DNA from: an uncultured Actinomycetota bacterium
Lineage (GTDB): Bacteria; Actinomycetota; Humimicrobiia; Humimicrobiales; Humimicrobiaceae
DNA: 64,000 bases
Direction: 5' to 3'
Assembly (NCBI GenBank): GCA_964601205.1
Contig: CAZRML010000010.1
Coordinates: forward strand, 8,649-72,648
Position numbers and translations under genes: made by a program. The notes below the pieces were generated by a model. The model was not told the DNA's origin. It worked only from the letters and a program-made list of their open reading frames with translations, and made no database searches. Of the stretch, positions 51,591 through 61,310 are shown piece after piece (position 1 is the stretch's first letter; each line of letters opens with the position of its first letter).

Positions 51591-52025
51591 TTAGAAACGT
51601 AATTGTTCAAATGCATTTTTATCACCCATAAATTGAGCGTCAGCCTGCCTGTAGTATTCCTCCCATATCTCCCCTGACCATATTTCTGCTCTATCTGAGA
51701 CACCCACCATAACAATATCCTTTTTAAGCCCCGCATATTCTATTAAATTCTGCGGTATTCTGGTTCTTCCCTGCTGGTCCATTGTTTCCTCGGTTGCGGA
51801 AGAGAAGAACCAGCGAGAAAAACTCTGAATGCTTCTTTCAGCAATTTTATTCGCCATTATCTTTTCTTCAAGTCTATTCCAGCTTTCCTTTGAAAATAAA
51901 AAAAGGCACTTCTCATCAAATCCCTTTGATATTACAATGCCTTTTATTAAATCTTCCCTGAATTTTGCCGGAATAAAGATTCTTCCTTTATTATCAATTG
52001 TCCTGTGATATTCGCCTAAAAACAT
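51591..52025 (-). CDS. mraZ: division/cell wall cluster transcriptional regulator MraZ
   Basis: The tandem DXXXR motifs of MraZ are present (TIDNKGRIFIPAKFRE, MDQQGRTRIPQNL). Confidence 0.85.
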   Translation of the reverse strand: MFLGEYHRTIDNKGRIFIPAKFREDLIKGIVISKGFDEKCLFLFSKESWNRLEEKIMANKIAERSIQSFSRWFFSSATEETMDQQGRTRIPQNLIEYAGLKKDIVMVGVSDRAEIWSGEIWEEYYRQADAQFMGDKNAFEQLRF

Positions 52026-52321
52026 CTTTTACCCCATTTACTAACCAATTAAAGGGCATTTACTCATTTTCCCTCCACTTTCCCCCACATCACACCAATA
52101 AAATATCACATTATTAACGATTTGTAAACTATTATTTAAAAAAATATAAATTTATTTATGATTATTTAATTTAATATTTGTTTAATATTATTATATAACT
52201 ATATATAGTTAATTTCATAATTAATGATTAAGATATGCACTATATATTGATTAAGGTTATAAAGGAGAAATTACATATATACCTATTGAAGAAAATTAAA
52301 TTTTTATTTTTTAAAAAAAAA

Positions 52322-52561
52322 TTAATTTTCTTTCTCTAAATTAAGCTCTTTCGTGATCAACTTTCCATCCTCTGATTTGACCAGCTCTTCTATTTTGTTC
52401 TCAGCTTCATTTAATTTTTTAAGGCAGTTAGAAGACAGTTTAATTCCCATCTCAAACTTTTCCATTGATTCTTCCAGAGATATATTTTCATCCTCCAGTT
52501 CTTTCACAATCTCTTCTAACTTTTTAATGGACTCCTCAAAATTCATTTCTTCAATTTTCAT
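52322..52561 (-). CDS. xseB: exodeoxyribonuclease VII small subunit
   Basis: FEESIKKLEEIVKELE...LEESMEKFEMGIKL matches XseB. Confidence 0.8.
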   Translation of the reverse strand: MKIEEMNFEESIKKLEEIVKELEDENISLEESMEKFEMGIKLSSNCLKKLNEAENKIEELVKSEDGKLITKELNLEKEN

Positions 52562-53933
52562 TTTTTAAACCCGGTTCTATTTTTTTATATATTTTATCAA
52601 ATATTTTTGCACTGAGTATACCGTCCTTTAATAATATATTAACAACCTGATTAATACCTGCTTCTTTTATACTCTTAATATTCTTCTTCCTCTCTGCATC
52701 ATATAATAAAGCAAAACCACGCTCAAGAACATTAACAGGATTCTTATCCCCTACTTTTTCCAGAATATATTTTATTTTGTTTTTCTTCAGGTTAATATAG
52801 TACTGCATAATTGAAAGCAATCTCGTGTTAATATTCCCTATTGCCATTCTATAAAAATGAATTTTTTTAATTATATTTTTTTTATCAATCATCCTGTACA
52901 GATTAACCAATTTTTCTACCCCTGTCCGAATATATTCTTTAATACTATCTTTTAATCTTACATTTAGATCACCCGCATTTTGATTAAATCTGTCAAGAAG
53001 TGTTTCTGGTTTAGTAAAGATTCTCCTTTTAATCAAAAAAAAGATTTCTTTTTTATACGCTCTGACTTTTGATTTTGTAAGACCTTCGGCTCTCTTAATC
53101 ATACCCTTCAGGTTCTCAACTGCTTCTCTCTTATTTAATATTACAAGCTCCCCGGCAACTGAAGGTGTAGCTGCTCTTTTATCGGCAACAAAATCAGATA
53201 TTGTATAATCTGTCTGGTGGCCAATTGCCGATATCACAGGGACAGGACATCTAAAAATCTTCCCGGCAATTTTCTCGGTATTAAATGCCCATAAATCTTC
53301 CAGCGACCCTCCACCTCTGGCTATTATTATTACATCAACACCATACCCGCAGAGATCATCTATTGCTTCACATATTTCATCGCTTGAAGTAATCCCCTGC
53401 ACGTTGACATCTCTTACTATAAGGTGAAAATTTTCAAAACGCTGTTTTAAAACCTGAATTATATCTTTTATTACAGCACCGCCAATTGAGGTCACCAGGC
53501 CAATTCTTCCCGGAAGGAGAGGTATGCTTCTTTTGTGGGTAATATCAAAATAACCCTTTTTTTCTAATTTATCCTTTAACTGCTCAAAGGCAAGAATCAG
53601 CGCGCCTTTGCCTACCGGCCTGGCGTCCAGAGCTATTATCTGATATTCTCCTCTCTTTTCATATAAAGAGATGTAACCATTTATCAGAATATGCAGGCCT
53701 TCTTCTATTTTAAAAATCAAGTTTCTGTTGCTGTGATAAAACATAACTACTTTAATTTTAGAATTCTCATCTTTTAAATCAAAGTACATATGTTTTCTGT
53801 CATGGAAATAAAAATTACTTACTTCTCCTTCTACCCAGATGTCCGGATAGCCGGATTCAAGATTTTTTTTAATTTCCTGATTAAGCTCACTGACGGTGTA
53901 GATTTTTGTTTTTAGAACAGTGTAGTCTTCCAT
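52551..53933 (-). CDS. xseA: exodeoxyribonuclease VII large subunit
   Basis: The N-terminal OB-fold (VSELNQ...VWVEGEVSN) and the catalytic domain RGGGS are present. Confidence 0.8.
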   Translation of the reverse strand: MEDYTVLKTKIYTVSELNQEIKKNLESGYPDIWVEGEVSNFYFHDRKHMYFDLKDENSKIKVVMFYHSNRNLIFKIEEGLHILINGYISLYEKRGEYQIIALDARPVGKGALILAFEQLKDKLEKKGYFDITHKRSIPLLPGRIGLVTSIGGAVIKDIIQVLKQRFENFHLIVRDVNVQGITSSDEICEAIDDLCGYGVDVIIIARGGGSLEDLWAFNTEKIAGKIFRCPVPVISAIGHQTDYTISDFVADKRAATPSVAGELVILNKREAVENLKGMIKRAEGLTKSKVRAYKKEIFFLIKRRIFTKPETLLDRFNQNAGDLNVRLKDSIKEYIRTGVEKLVNLYRMIDKKNIIKKIHFYRMAIGNINTRLLSIMQYYINLKKNKIKYILEKVGDKNPVNVLERGFALLYDAERKKNIKSIKEAGINQVVNILLKDGILSAKIFDKIYKKIEPGLKNEN

Positions 53934-53940
53934 TTAAAAT

Positions 53941-54510
53941 TTACTGAAGTTCCAGGTACAGTATCATTATCCGGCTCCTGTTTTCTTCAAGTCCTTTTAT
54001 CAGTACGTTTACAACTTTATCTTTATCATTACTGTAGTAGGTGAATTTATAAACAGGAATATTTTCATTCTCTTCCTCATCGAGGAATTCTTCTTCAACA
54101 CCTTCTTTACTTTCTTCAAATATTACTGAGCGACTCCAGATTGATTGAATTTTTTTGCTTTTATAAAATTCCTCCACTGTCTCAGGGCATTCGGGTGTTT
54201 CTAATAAAATATAGAGGAGCTCCTCGCTTCCTTCCATCTTCTTTACTTCTTTTATCTCAGAACCCTCGTAGTAGAAACTATTAAATACCTCAAGAAAACC
54301 TTCACTCTCCAGGAGCTGATCAAAATTTTCCTCAGAATTCTCCTCTGAACTATTATTACTCCCTGCGGTATTTTCTATTTCTGCACCTTCCGCTGCCTGG
54401 CTTTCTGTGCTTCCCTGCGTATTATTTATAGAAAAACAGGAAACTGTGACAAATGGCACTAAAAATAAACCAACAGCCAATAATAAAATAGTTATTCTCT
54501 TCTTTTTCAT
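53941..54510 (-). CDS. acidic lipoprotein of unknown function
   Basis: It has a signal peptide with a VSC lipobox and is Glu-rich. No family. Confidence 0.4.
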   Translation of the reverse strand: MKKKRITILLLAVGLFLVPFVTVSCFSINNTQGSTESQAAEGAEIENTAGSNNSSEENSEENFDQLLESEGFLEVFNSFYYEGSEIKEVKKMEGSEELLYILLETPECPETVEEFYKSKKIQSIWSRSVIFEESKEGVEEEFLDEEENENIPVYKFTYYSNDKDKVVNVLIKGLEENRSRIMILYLELQ

Positions 54511-54516
54511 AATTAT

Positions 54517-54990
54517 CTAACCTGCTAAAATAAAATTAATAAAAATTTTAAATGTTACATAAAGACAGAACACTATTTCTATCGAAATCATTATATAGCT
54601 CAAAACAATTTCAAGACCCTGATTCTTTTCTTTTAAATATAACAACGGCTTACTTATGAATTTTTTTATTTTCGGTAAAAATTGTATCATAGAATAGAGA
54701 GTATAACCAATAAGTATTGAACTCCCAACTGTAACTATCATCTCATCAAAAAAACAATTACTGTATAGGAAATAACCTATTTCTATCATGTTCAAAATCA
54801 CTATTACCGAAAAGGACAGAACTACGGAGATAGCACTCGGCGTCCTATCACCCTGACCATCCGACATATAATCTTCCAGTTTTTGAATTTCTCTATGGAC
54901 AATATAATTATTACTGGTTCTAATCATAAACCTCAAACTTGAAATATATAACCCCAGTAATATTATAGATAAAATTAGTAATAAAAACAT
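54517..54990 (-). CDS. hypothetical 4-TM membrane protein
   Basis: It is hydrophobic and stops 6 nt before the lipoprotein gene. Confidence 0.35.
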   Translation of the reverse strand: MFLLLILSIILLGLYISSLRFMIRTSNNYIVHREIQKLEDYMSDGQGDRTPSAISVVLSFSVIVILNMIEIGYFLYSNCFFDEMIVTVGSSILIGYTLYSMIQFLPKIKKFISKPLLYLKEKNQGLEIVLSYIMISIEIVFCLYVTFKIFINFILAG

Positions 54991-55117
54991 TAATTATTAA
55001 ATAAAAAATAAATTATGAATATCTGATTTATTATTATAATCCTTTATGGCCCGCGATACCTTATGCTTTAAGGCTCCGGGTAGAGTCTACTGTGCTGTGA
55101 TATCCAGCAAGTAATAT

Positions 55118-55486
55118 TTATGACCTGGCGGTTTTATCCAAAACGGCACTGGATTCTTTGCCCGGTTTTTCCCTGTCTGATTTTTTATTATCAATTTTCT
55201 TACTATCCGGAGCCTTTTCCTCAGATTTATTGGGATTACTTTCAAACTTCTTTAATCCTTTTCCTTCCGGCAAATTACTGCCCGACTTGACCGAATTTGA
55301 CCTGTAATCCGTTTTATAAAATCCAGAGCCCTTAAAAATTATTCCGGCAGGCAAAAACAATCTCTTGGCATTAGAATTACAATAAATACATTTTGTAGTA
55401 CTATTATTTCCGTTGCCGTCGCTTGCTTTTTGAAACTTATCAAAAACCCTGCCGCACTTTTCACATTTATAACTATATATTGGCAT
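55118..55486 (-). CDS. FmdB-family zinc-ribbon protein
   Basis: MPIYSYKCEKCGRVFD...CIYCNS has the CxxC...CxxC pattern. The likely start is at 55486. Confidence 0.6.
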   Translation of the reverse strand: MPIYSYKCEKCGRVFDKFQKASDGNGNNSTTKCIYCNSNAKRLFLPAGIIFKGSGFYKTDYRSNSVKSGSNLPEGKGLKKFESNPNKSEEKAPDSKKIDNKKSDREKPGKESSAVLDKTARS

Positions 55487-55630
55487 ATGCACTCTTCCTT
55501 TTAATAAAAATCATTCAGAAAATATATATCAATTAATAATTTTAGTCAAATATTTGATTAATCTATGGCTAACACAGAAAAATAATTTTATAATAACTCT
55601 TATTAAATAACTAATTGCAGCCGGGATAAT

Positions 55631-56074
55631 ATGAAAAATAGAGATATCATTATAATAATCATCCTTACCATAATTTTAGTAATAGTTATAACAGCTTCCA
55701 TACAGAAAAAGCAGGAAATAGAAGATATTTATCTCAGTAACAGCAAAGATTCCACCTTTGAGGAATTACAGTCCGGTAAATCATACAATTTCAAAAATAA
55801 CGATTCCGATATATACCTTATAATGAAAGTAAAAAATTTAAAGGAAGATGATGAAATAAAAGTGAAATGGTCCAGAATAGAAAAAGACCATAACAAAAAT
55901 GATAATTATATCACAATACAGCAAAATACTATTAATCCCGGGCAAAACGGCTCTGGTAAAATTGTAGTAATGATGTTAAAAAGAGACAACACTTATGCTG
56001 AAGGAAAATACTGTGTTGAAGCTTACTTAAACGCTGACCACAAGATAACCAAAACTTTTTCTATAGATTCCTGA
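55631..56074 (+). CDS. hypothetical membrane-anchored protein
   Basis: It has an N-terminal TM followed by a beta-rich domain. No family. Confidence 0.35.
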   Translation: MKNRDIIIIIILTIILVIVITASIQKKQEIEDIYLSNSKDSTFEELQSGKSYNFKNNDSDIYLIMKVKNLKEDDEIKVKWSRIEKDHNKNDNYITIQQNTINPGQNGSGKIVVMMLKRDNTYAEGKYCVEAYLNADHKITKTFSIDS

Positions 56075-56148
56075 TCTTAACTGGTTTTGTACAAACTCTA
56101 TATAATTAAATAACAGTCTGTTTAAATTATATGGTTGAATTTCACCGG

Positions 56149-57111
56149 TTAAGACTTATCCTTCTTTTTAAATTCGGACCCGACTTTGCTAAATTCGTTT
56201 TTTACTCTGTATAATATTAATTCAAGTATCCTGCTTACTACATTATCAAGATTATAATTTTCTATTATCTTAACCTTTTTTTCATCTGCCAGTTTTTCTA
56301 TGTAACTTTGAATCATAACAATTTTATCCAGATGCTTTATATATCTGTTCATGGGTCTGGAACCCTGAGTCTCAACTGTCCTTTTAGCAAAGTGTTCCTT
56401 ATGTATATCCTTATCGGGAACAGATATAACTATCTGCTGAATTATAGCCTTGGGCAGAAACTCTTTAAGGTCTAGATAACCGGGTACTACATGCGCCCCT
56501 TCTATAACAATATCAGATTTTTCTTCTACACTTCTCTTTATTATCGCTTCTATGCCCACGCTTACTGCCAGAACCTGTTCTCTGAAACCGAGGATTACCG
56601 GCTCTACACCCGATGGAGGCAGGGTTAGATTTTTATAAGCACTGTAAGAAGAGCCTCTGAGCGGCCTTATCAACTTATCAGAAACCGAAGCTCGCATAAC
56701 CTCTCTAATAGCATCGGTAGAAGCAACCCTGGTTATATTTAATCTATTTGCAAGTATAGTCGCTATTGTGGATTTCCCCACACCCGTTGAGCCGCCAATA
56801 AGTATTATAATAGGTTTTTCAAGCCTTCCAACAGATTGCCACAATAAATATCTCTCGGCATATTCCATATTAACTTTATCTTTTATAAACCTGAATGCAA
56901 TGGTTCTTAAATCACTCAGGGATAAAGAATATATCTTATTTTTTAGAAAATACTCCTGTATTTCAACAGCTATTTTATAGGCAGTGAGTATATCCAGACC
57001 TGTTACTGAAATAGATGAAGCAAGAATTCCCTTTGAAAAAGGAAGACCGCTCTTCTTATCTGATATTACAACTATTCTCGGACTTACTTCTTCTTTATTT
57101 TCTATTTCCAA
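56149..57111 (-). CDS. 2-phosphoglycerate kinase (ATP-cone + P-loop kinase, COG2074-like)
   Basis: An N-terminal ATP-cone-like region is followed by the P-loop ILIGGSTGVGKSTIA. This architecture and length match archaeal 2PGK. Confidence 0.5.
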   Translation of the reverse strand: MEIENKEEVSPRIVVISDKKSGLPFSKGILASSISVTGLDILTAYKIAVEIQEYFLKNKIYSLSLSDLRTIAFRFIKDKVNMEYAERYLLWQSVGRLEKPIIILIGGSTGVGKSTIATILANRLNITRVASTDAIREVMRASVSDKLIRPLRGSSYSAYKNLTLPPSGVEPVILGFREQVLAVSVGIEAIIKRSVEEKSDIVIEGAHVVPGYLDLKEFLPKAIIQQIVISVPDKDIHKEHFAKRTVETQGSRPMNRYIKHLDKIVMIQSYIEKLADEKKVKIIENYNLDNVVSRILELILYRVKNEFSKVGSEFKKKDKS

Positions 57112-57113
57112 GT

Positions 57114-58475
57114 TTATTTATTCTCCTTTAAAAAAAATTTTTTCAATTCTTTTTTAAAAACATTTTCGTCATCTATCATAACAGGTATATTATTCAAATA
57201 TATTATATCTTTATTATTTTTATATGCATAATCTGTCAGAACATCTACCGAGGCTGCTTTTAATTCTGAAAGTATGGTTTCGTAATTTCTACTTACCTTA
57301 AGGTCTTCTTTTAGCTTTTTTCTATCCGCGAGGTTAAAACTCATTTTTACCACCTTGCAACCATAATGCTTCTCCAGGTAATCTTTTATTTTAGATTCAA
57401 TGACTCTACTTGATGTCATTGCCACAAATATTCTTTTCCCATATATATCAGATAATGGCTCGGGTCTAAAAATTGTCTTAAAAACTGGAGCCCCTGGATT
57501 TATCTTCTTTATCTCTCTTTCCATAAAATCTATTTTATCCTTATCTGCCACCGGCTCCTCGCACATGGTTAATATTATTAAATCAGCAGACATTATCCTG
57601 TAAGTTCCGAGATACCCCACAATGCTTTCCCACTTCTGGCCTGCGCCTATTACGCATATGCAGAAATCGGTCTTCACATCCGGAACAGAGGCACCGCTGC
57701 CTTCCACTATAATCAAATCAGGATTTAGTTTCTCAGCAATACTTATGCCCTCTTTTATATTGCTCATAAATATCTTACCTCCAAAACCCCCTCCGCATCT
57801 CCTGCATCCAACAGTAGTAACTCTCCCGGTCAGCGCATCTTCTATATAGTCGGAACTTGCATGCATGCCTTTATTATTAATCTCAAGCAGATATTCTGAG
57901 TCAACATTTATATTGCCCCCTTCTATTACATGTGGTTTCGCGGGGCCACCCCTGCCCATAGCAACCACGCAGACATCAACATTCTCACTCTTAAATATTT
58001 TTGATACATATGAGCTGATTGCCGTTTTGCCGATTCTCTTTCCGGTTCCGATAATACTCACAGAAGGCTTCATGCAAATGATATCTTCCTTTTCGTAAGA
58101 AAATAAAAAATCCGGTCCCATGTAGCTGCACTTATGGTCAAGACAGAAAGAAGCTATTTTCATCCTTATAATATAATTTACCACCGGTTCATCGCTTAAG
58201 TCATAAACTATATCCGGTTTAAAATATTCAAGTGCATTCTTAAAATCTATATCAAGATCCCTGATTATATAGACCTTTTCTCCAAAAAAATCCTCCATAT
58301 CATCCAGTATTAATTTCTCGGTCCCTCCGAGAAAAATAATACCCTTAAAATTACCGGTATAGATTTTCCTGAGCATACTAACCGCATCATAGGTTACCTG
58401 GGGATAGTGTTCACCATCAATTAATGCTACGAGATTTTTACCTTTATTATTTTTTTTCTTCAATAAATTTATCAC
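57114..58475 (-). CDS. putative cyclic 2,3-diphosphoglycerate synthetase (cDPGS-like P-loop protein)
   Basis: It is 453 aa, with the double-lysine P-loop IIGTGKRIGKTAIS. It sits 3 nt upstream of the 2PGK gene. The size and architecture are as in Methanothermus cDPGS. Confidence 0.4.
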   Translation of the reverse strand: MINLLKKKNNKGKNLVALIDGEHYPQVTYDAVSMLRKIYTGNFKGIIFLGGTEKLILDDMEDFFGEKVYIIRDLDIDFKNALEYFKPDIVYDLSDEPVVNYIIRMKIASFCLDHKCSYMGPDFLFSYEKEDIICMKPSVSIIGTGKRIGKTAISSYVSKIFKSENVDVCVVAMGRGGPAKPHVIEGGNINVDSEYLLEINNKGMHASSDYIEDALTGRVTTVGCRRCGGGFGGKIFMSNIKEGISIAEKLNPDLIIVEGSGASVPDVKTDFCICVIGAGQKWESIVGYLGTYRIMSADLIILTMCEEPVADKDKIDFMEREIKKINPGAPVFKTIFRPEPLSDIYGKRIFVAMTSSRVIESKIKDYLEKHYGCKVVKMSFNLADRKKLKEDLKVSRNYETILSELKAASVDVLTDYAYKNNKDIIYLNNIPVMIDDENVFKKELKKFFLKENK

Positions 58476-59244
58476 AGAGCTTACTTTTTTCCTCTTTTCT
58501 TTTTATTCCTAAAATCTTTTCAATTTTATCGAATGGTGATCTTCTATAAATATCAATTTCCTTATCCCTTACATATATAATATTATAGCTCGGCTCAATT
58601 CTACCCCTTAATCTCAAACAGGAAACTGTTCCGGCAGTAACTACCAGCATATCTTCTACTCTCCATAGATAGGGTACGTGCTTGTGCCCACAAAGCACCA
58701 GGTCTACCCCCGCGTCAACCACCGTTTCAAGAACATCACCGGCATCATTTACAATATTCCTCTCTCTTCCTGTGTTAGGGACCGATATCAGGTGATGGTG
58801 CATGGCAAATATCTTAAAATTACCTGGATTGCTCTTGCTGAATTCATTTTTTATCCAGTCGTAATGCTCCCTTCCTATCTGACCGTTGTCAAGATCAGGC
58901 TCGCTTGAATCAGCTGCAACAATTGTAATTTTATCATTATTAAACGAAATATATCTACTGCCAAAAATATCTTCAAAATGCATATATCCTACATTTCTTG
59001 AATCATGGTTTCCCAGCTGAACCAGCAAATTTTTACACTTAATAGGTGACAGATAATTTTTTACCGTATCATATTCTCTTCTGAAACCATTGGCGGTAAG
59101 GTCTCCGGTAATTATTACCACATCGGGACCAAGTTCGTTAATTTCATCGATACATCTGGTTAACAGGCTGGGCACAAAATGTTGTTCGCCAACATGGATA
59201 TCAGATATCTGAACTATCACTGTTTCTTTTTTACTGGCTGTCAT
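58447..59244 (-). CDS. calcineurin-like metallophosphoesterase
   Basis: The MPP motifs are DIHVG, GDLTANG, GNHD, HHH and GHKH. It overlaps the next gene by 29 nt. Confidence 0.7.
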   Translation of the reverse strand: MTASKKETVIVQISDIHVGEQHFVPSLLTRCIDEINELGPDVVIITGDLTANGFRREYDTVKNYLSPIKCKNLLVQLGNHDSRNVGYMHFEDIFGSRYISFNNDKITIVAADSSEPDLDNGQIGREHYDWIKNEFSKSNPGNFKIFAMHHHLISVPNTGRERNIVNDAGDVLETVVDAGVDLVLCGHKHVPYLWRVEDMLVVTAGTVSCLRLRGRIEPSYNIIYVRDKEIDIYRRSPFDKIEKILGIKRKEEKSKLCDKFIEEKK

Positions 59245-59655
59245 TGATTCCCTTTCTTGAAATTATTTTTTAAATCCGGTTAGCTCTAATTATATATAAT
59301 TTAAATATAAAAATATGTTTCATTATCCTATTCTTTAATACAAATTATAACATGGAAGTTCATTATTGCTTTATTAAATTATCATACTTTTTAAAATCAT
59401 GTTATTCTGGCCATTTATTCCCCTTTTCCATAATCAATTATTTATCCTGCCGGAGCTACTTTTTAATTCTATAAAAAGTTAAAATAAAGTACAATACAGC
59501 ATAATTATAATAAATCTTTCCCTTACATCAGAAATCTAAAAAAATATTACAGGTTAAATTCAGTTTGAAAAACATCACCATTTGCCATATCTAATCGTTT
59601 TTTTTACTTAAAAAAGCATTTTTAAAAAAATAATTAATAAATAAATATCAACTGC

Positions 59656-59715
59656 TTGACTTCGTAAAAAGCCTGTTTTAAAATAATGAACACGAGTTTA
59701 TAAACGCGAGTTTAT
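59656..59715 (+). promoter_or_regulatory. promoter (TTGACT-17-TAAAAT) with overlapping operator-like direct repeats CGAGTTTAT x2
   Basis: TTGACT is at 59656-59661 and TAAAAT at 59679-59684. CGAGTTTAT repeats at 59693-59701 and 59707-59715, inside a near-palindrome GAGTTTATAAAC. All lie upstream of the sugar-binding protein gene. Confidence 0.35.
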
Positions 59716-59794
59716 GAAGAAAGGGGGTGAATCTAACTAACAAGCTTTTGGGCCATTACTTAAATACCAAAAACCTTAAAAAGGAGGCTAAAGA

Positions 59795-61177
59795 GTGAAA
59801 AAAGTATTTTTATGGCTAATTGTAATATCAATTATTACTGTATTTTCTGTAGTAGGCTGTGCTGCAGAAGCTGAAGAGGCTGAAGAAGCTGCTCCCGAGG
59901 AAGAAGCAGAAGAGGTAGCTGAAGAAGCTGAGCCAGCTGAAGAAGAAGAAGAAGAAGAAATGCCTGCCGAAACTATAACTTTCTGGGCTATGCCTAATGC
60001 TCCCGCCGAACCTCATCAGGCCTGGATGGAGGAGAAAGCAGCTGCCTTTAAGGAAGAGACCAATATTACTGTTGAGTTTGAGGAAGTTGGTTGGGGCGAT
60101 GTTGTATCCAAAGTATCAACAGCATGTGTAACTCCGATTTGTGATGTCTCTCAGGTGGGTACCACGCAGAATCCACAGTTTGGTGCTACCGGTGGATTGC
60201 TAAACCTTGATATAGATGAATTTGGTGGAGCTGATTCCTTCCTATCTGCAAACTTAGAATCCTGCACTCTCGATGGTAATTATTATGGTGTACCATGGTT
60301 TGCTGAATCAAGAGTTTTATTCATAAACAAGGATATGTTTGAAAAAGCAGGAGCAACAGTACCAACCACCTGGGATGAATTACTAACTGCAGGAGAGAAA
60401 ATCGTAGAAGAATACGGAGAAGGCAAAGCAATTGCTATGGCAGGAACCAATGCCTGGGATTTAATACACAACTTCGCTGCACTCTTATGGCAAAATGGAG
60501 GAAGTATATTAAATGAAGATAATACTGAAGCTACATTCAACAGCCCCGAGGGAGTTGAAGCCATGACGTACTATATAAACTGGCTGGCAAAAGGACTGGC
60601 AGATCCCTCCTGCGCTGAGTACAATCAGCCACAGGCTGACGCTGCTTTCATAGCCGGTAATGTAGCTATGGTAGTTATGGGACCCTGGAATATTTCCGGT
60701 ATCAATGCCGATAATCCTGATCTTAACTACGAAGTTGTCGAGCTTCCAGTAGGTCCGGCAGGAGTAAAAGGTGCTTTCTCTGGTGGAAGTAACCTGGTTA
60801 TATTTGCCGAGAGTGAACATAAGGAAGCAGCAAAGAAATGGATAAACTATCTCATAAGCGATGATATCCTTATTAGTTATAACCAGCCGGACATCGCCAA
60901 CATGATACCGGCAAAGCTCAGCGCTCTGGAAGATCCTTACTATCAGACCCCTGAGATGCAGACTTTTATAACAAGTCTGGGATATGCTACTGCTTATCCC
61001 CCATTAGCATCCTGGGTAGATATTGAGACTGCAATAGTCGGCGAATTCAAAAATATTATGACTGCCTATGTTGGAAAGGCCGAGGCAGGAACAGTAACTG
61101 AAGAGGAAATAGAAACTATTGCTAAGGAATACCTGGATTCAGCTGCAGCTAAAGTTAACGAGGCTTTAGCTCAATAG
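59795..61177 (+). CDS. sugar ABC transporter substrate-binding lipoprotein (family-1 SBP) with E/A-rich linker
   Basis: It has a signal peptide with a VVGC lipobox and an MalE-like fold. An AGGAGG RBS is present. Confidence 0.75.
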   Translation: MKKVFLWLIVISIITVFSVVGCAAEAEEAEEAAPEEEAEEVAEEAEPAEEEEEEEMPAETITFWAMPNAPAEPHQAWMEEKAAAFKEETNITVEFEEVGWGDVVSKVSTACVTPICDVSQVGTTQNPQFGATGGLLNLDIDEFGGADSFLSANLESCTLDGNYYGVPWFAESRVLFINKDMFEKAGATVPTTWDELLTAGEKIVEEYGEGKAIAMAGTNAWDLIHNFAALLWQNGGSILNEDNTEATFNSPEGVEAMTYYINWLAKGLADPSCAEYNQPQADAAFIAGNVAMVVMGPWNISGINADNPDLNYEVVELPVGPAGVKGAFSGGSNLVIFAESEHKEAAKKWINYLISDDILISYNQPDIANMIPAKLSALEDPYYQTPEMQTFITSLGYATAYPPLASWVDIETAIVGEFKNIMTAYVGKAEAGTVTEEEIETIAKEYLDSAAAKVNEALAQ

Positions 61178-61310
61178 ATTATATTTTTTCTATTTCAGGA
61201 CAGGTAATCTTTTTGAAGTGAGGAAGCAGTTAATTGCCAAAAGTGAAAAACTGTTTCCTCACTTCTTTAAAACGCCTATAATTCAAGTATAAGGATAAGA
61301 GGAAGTATTT

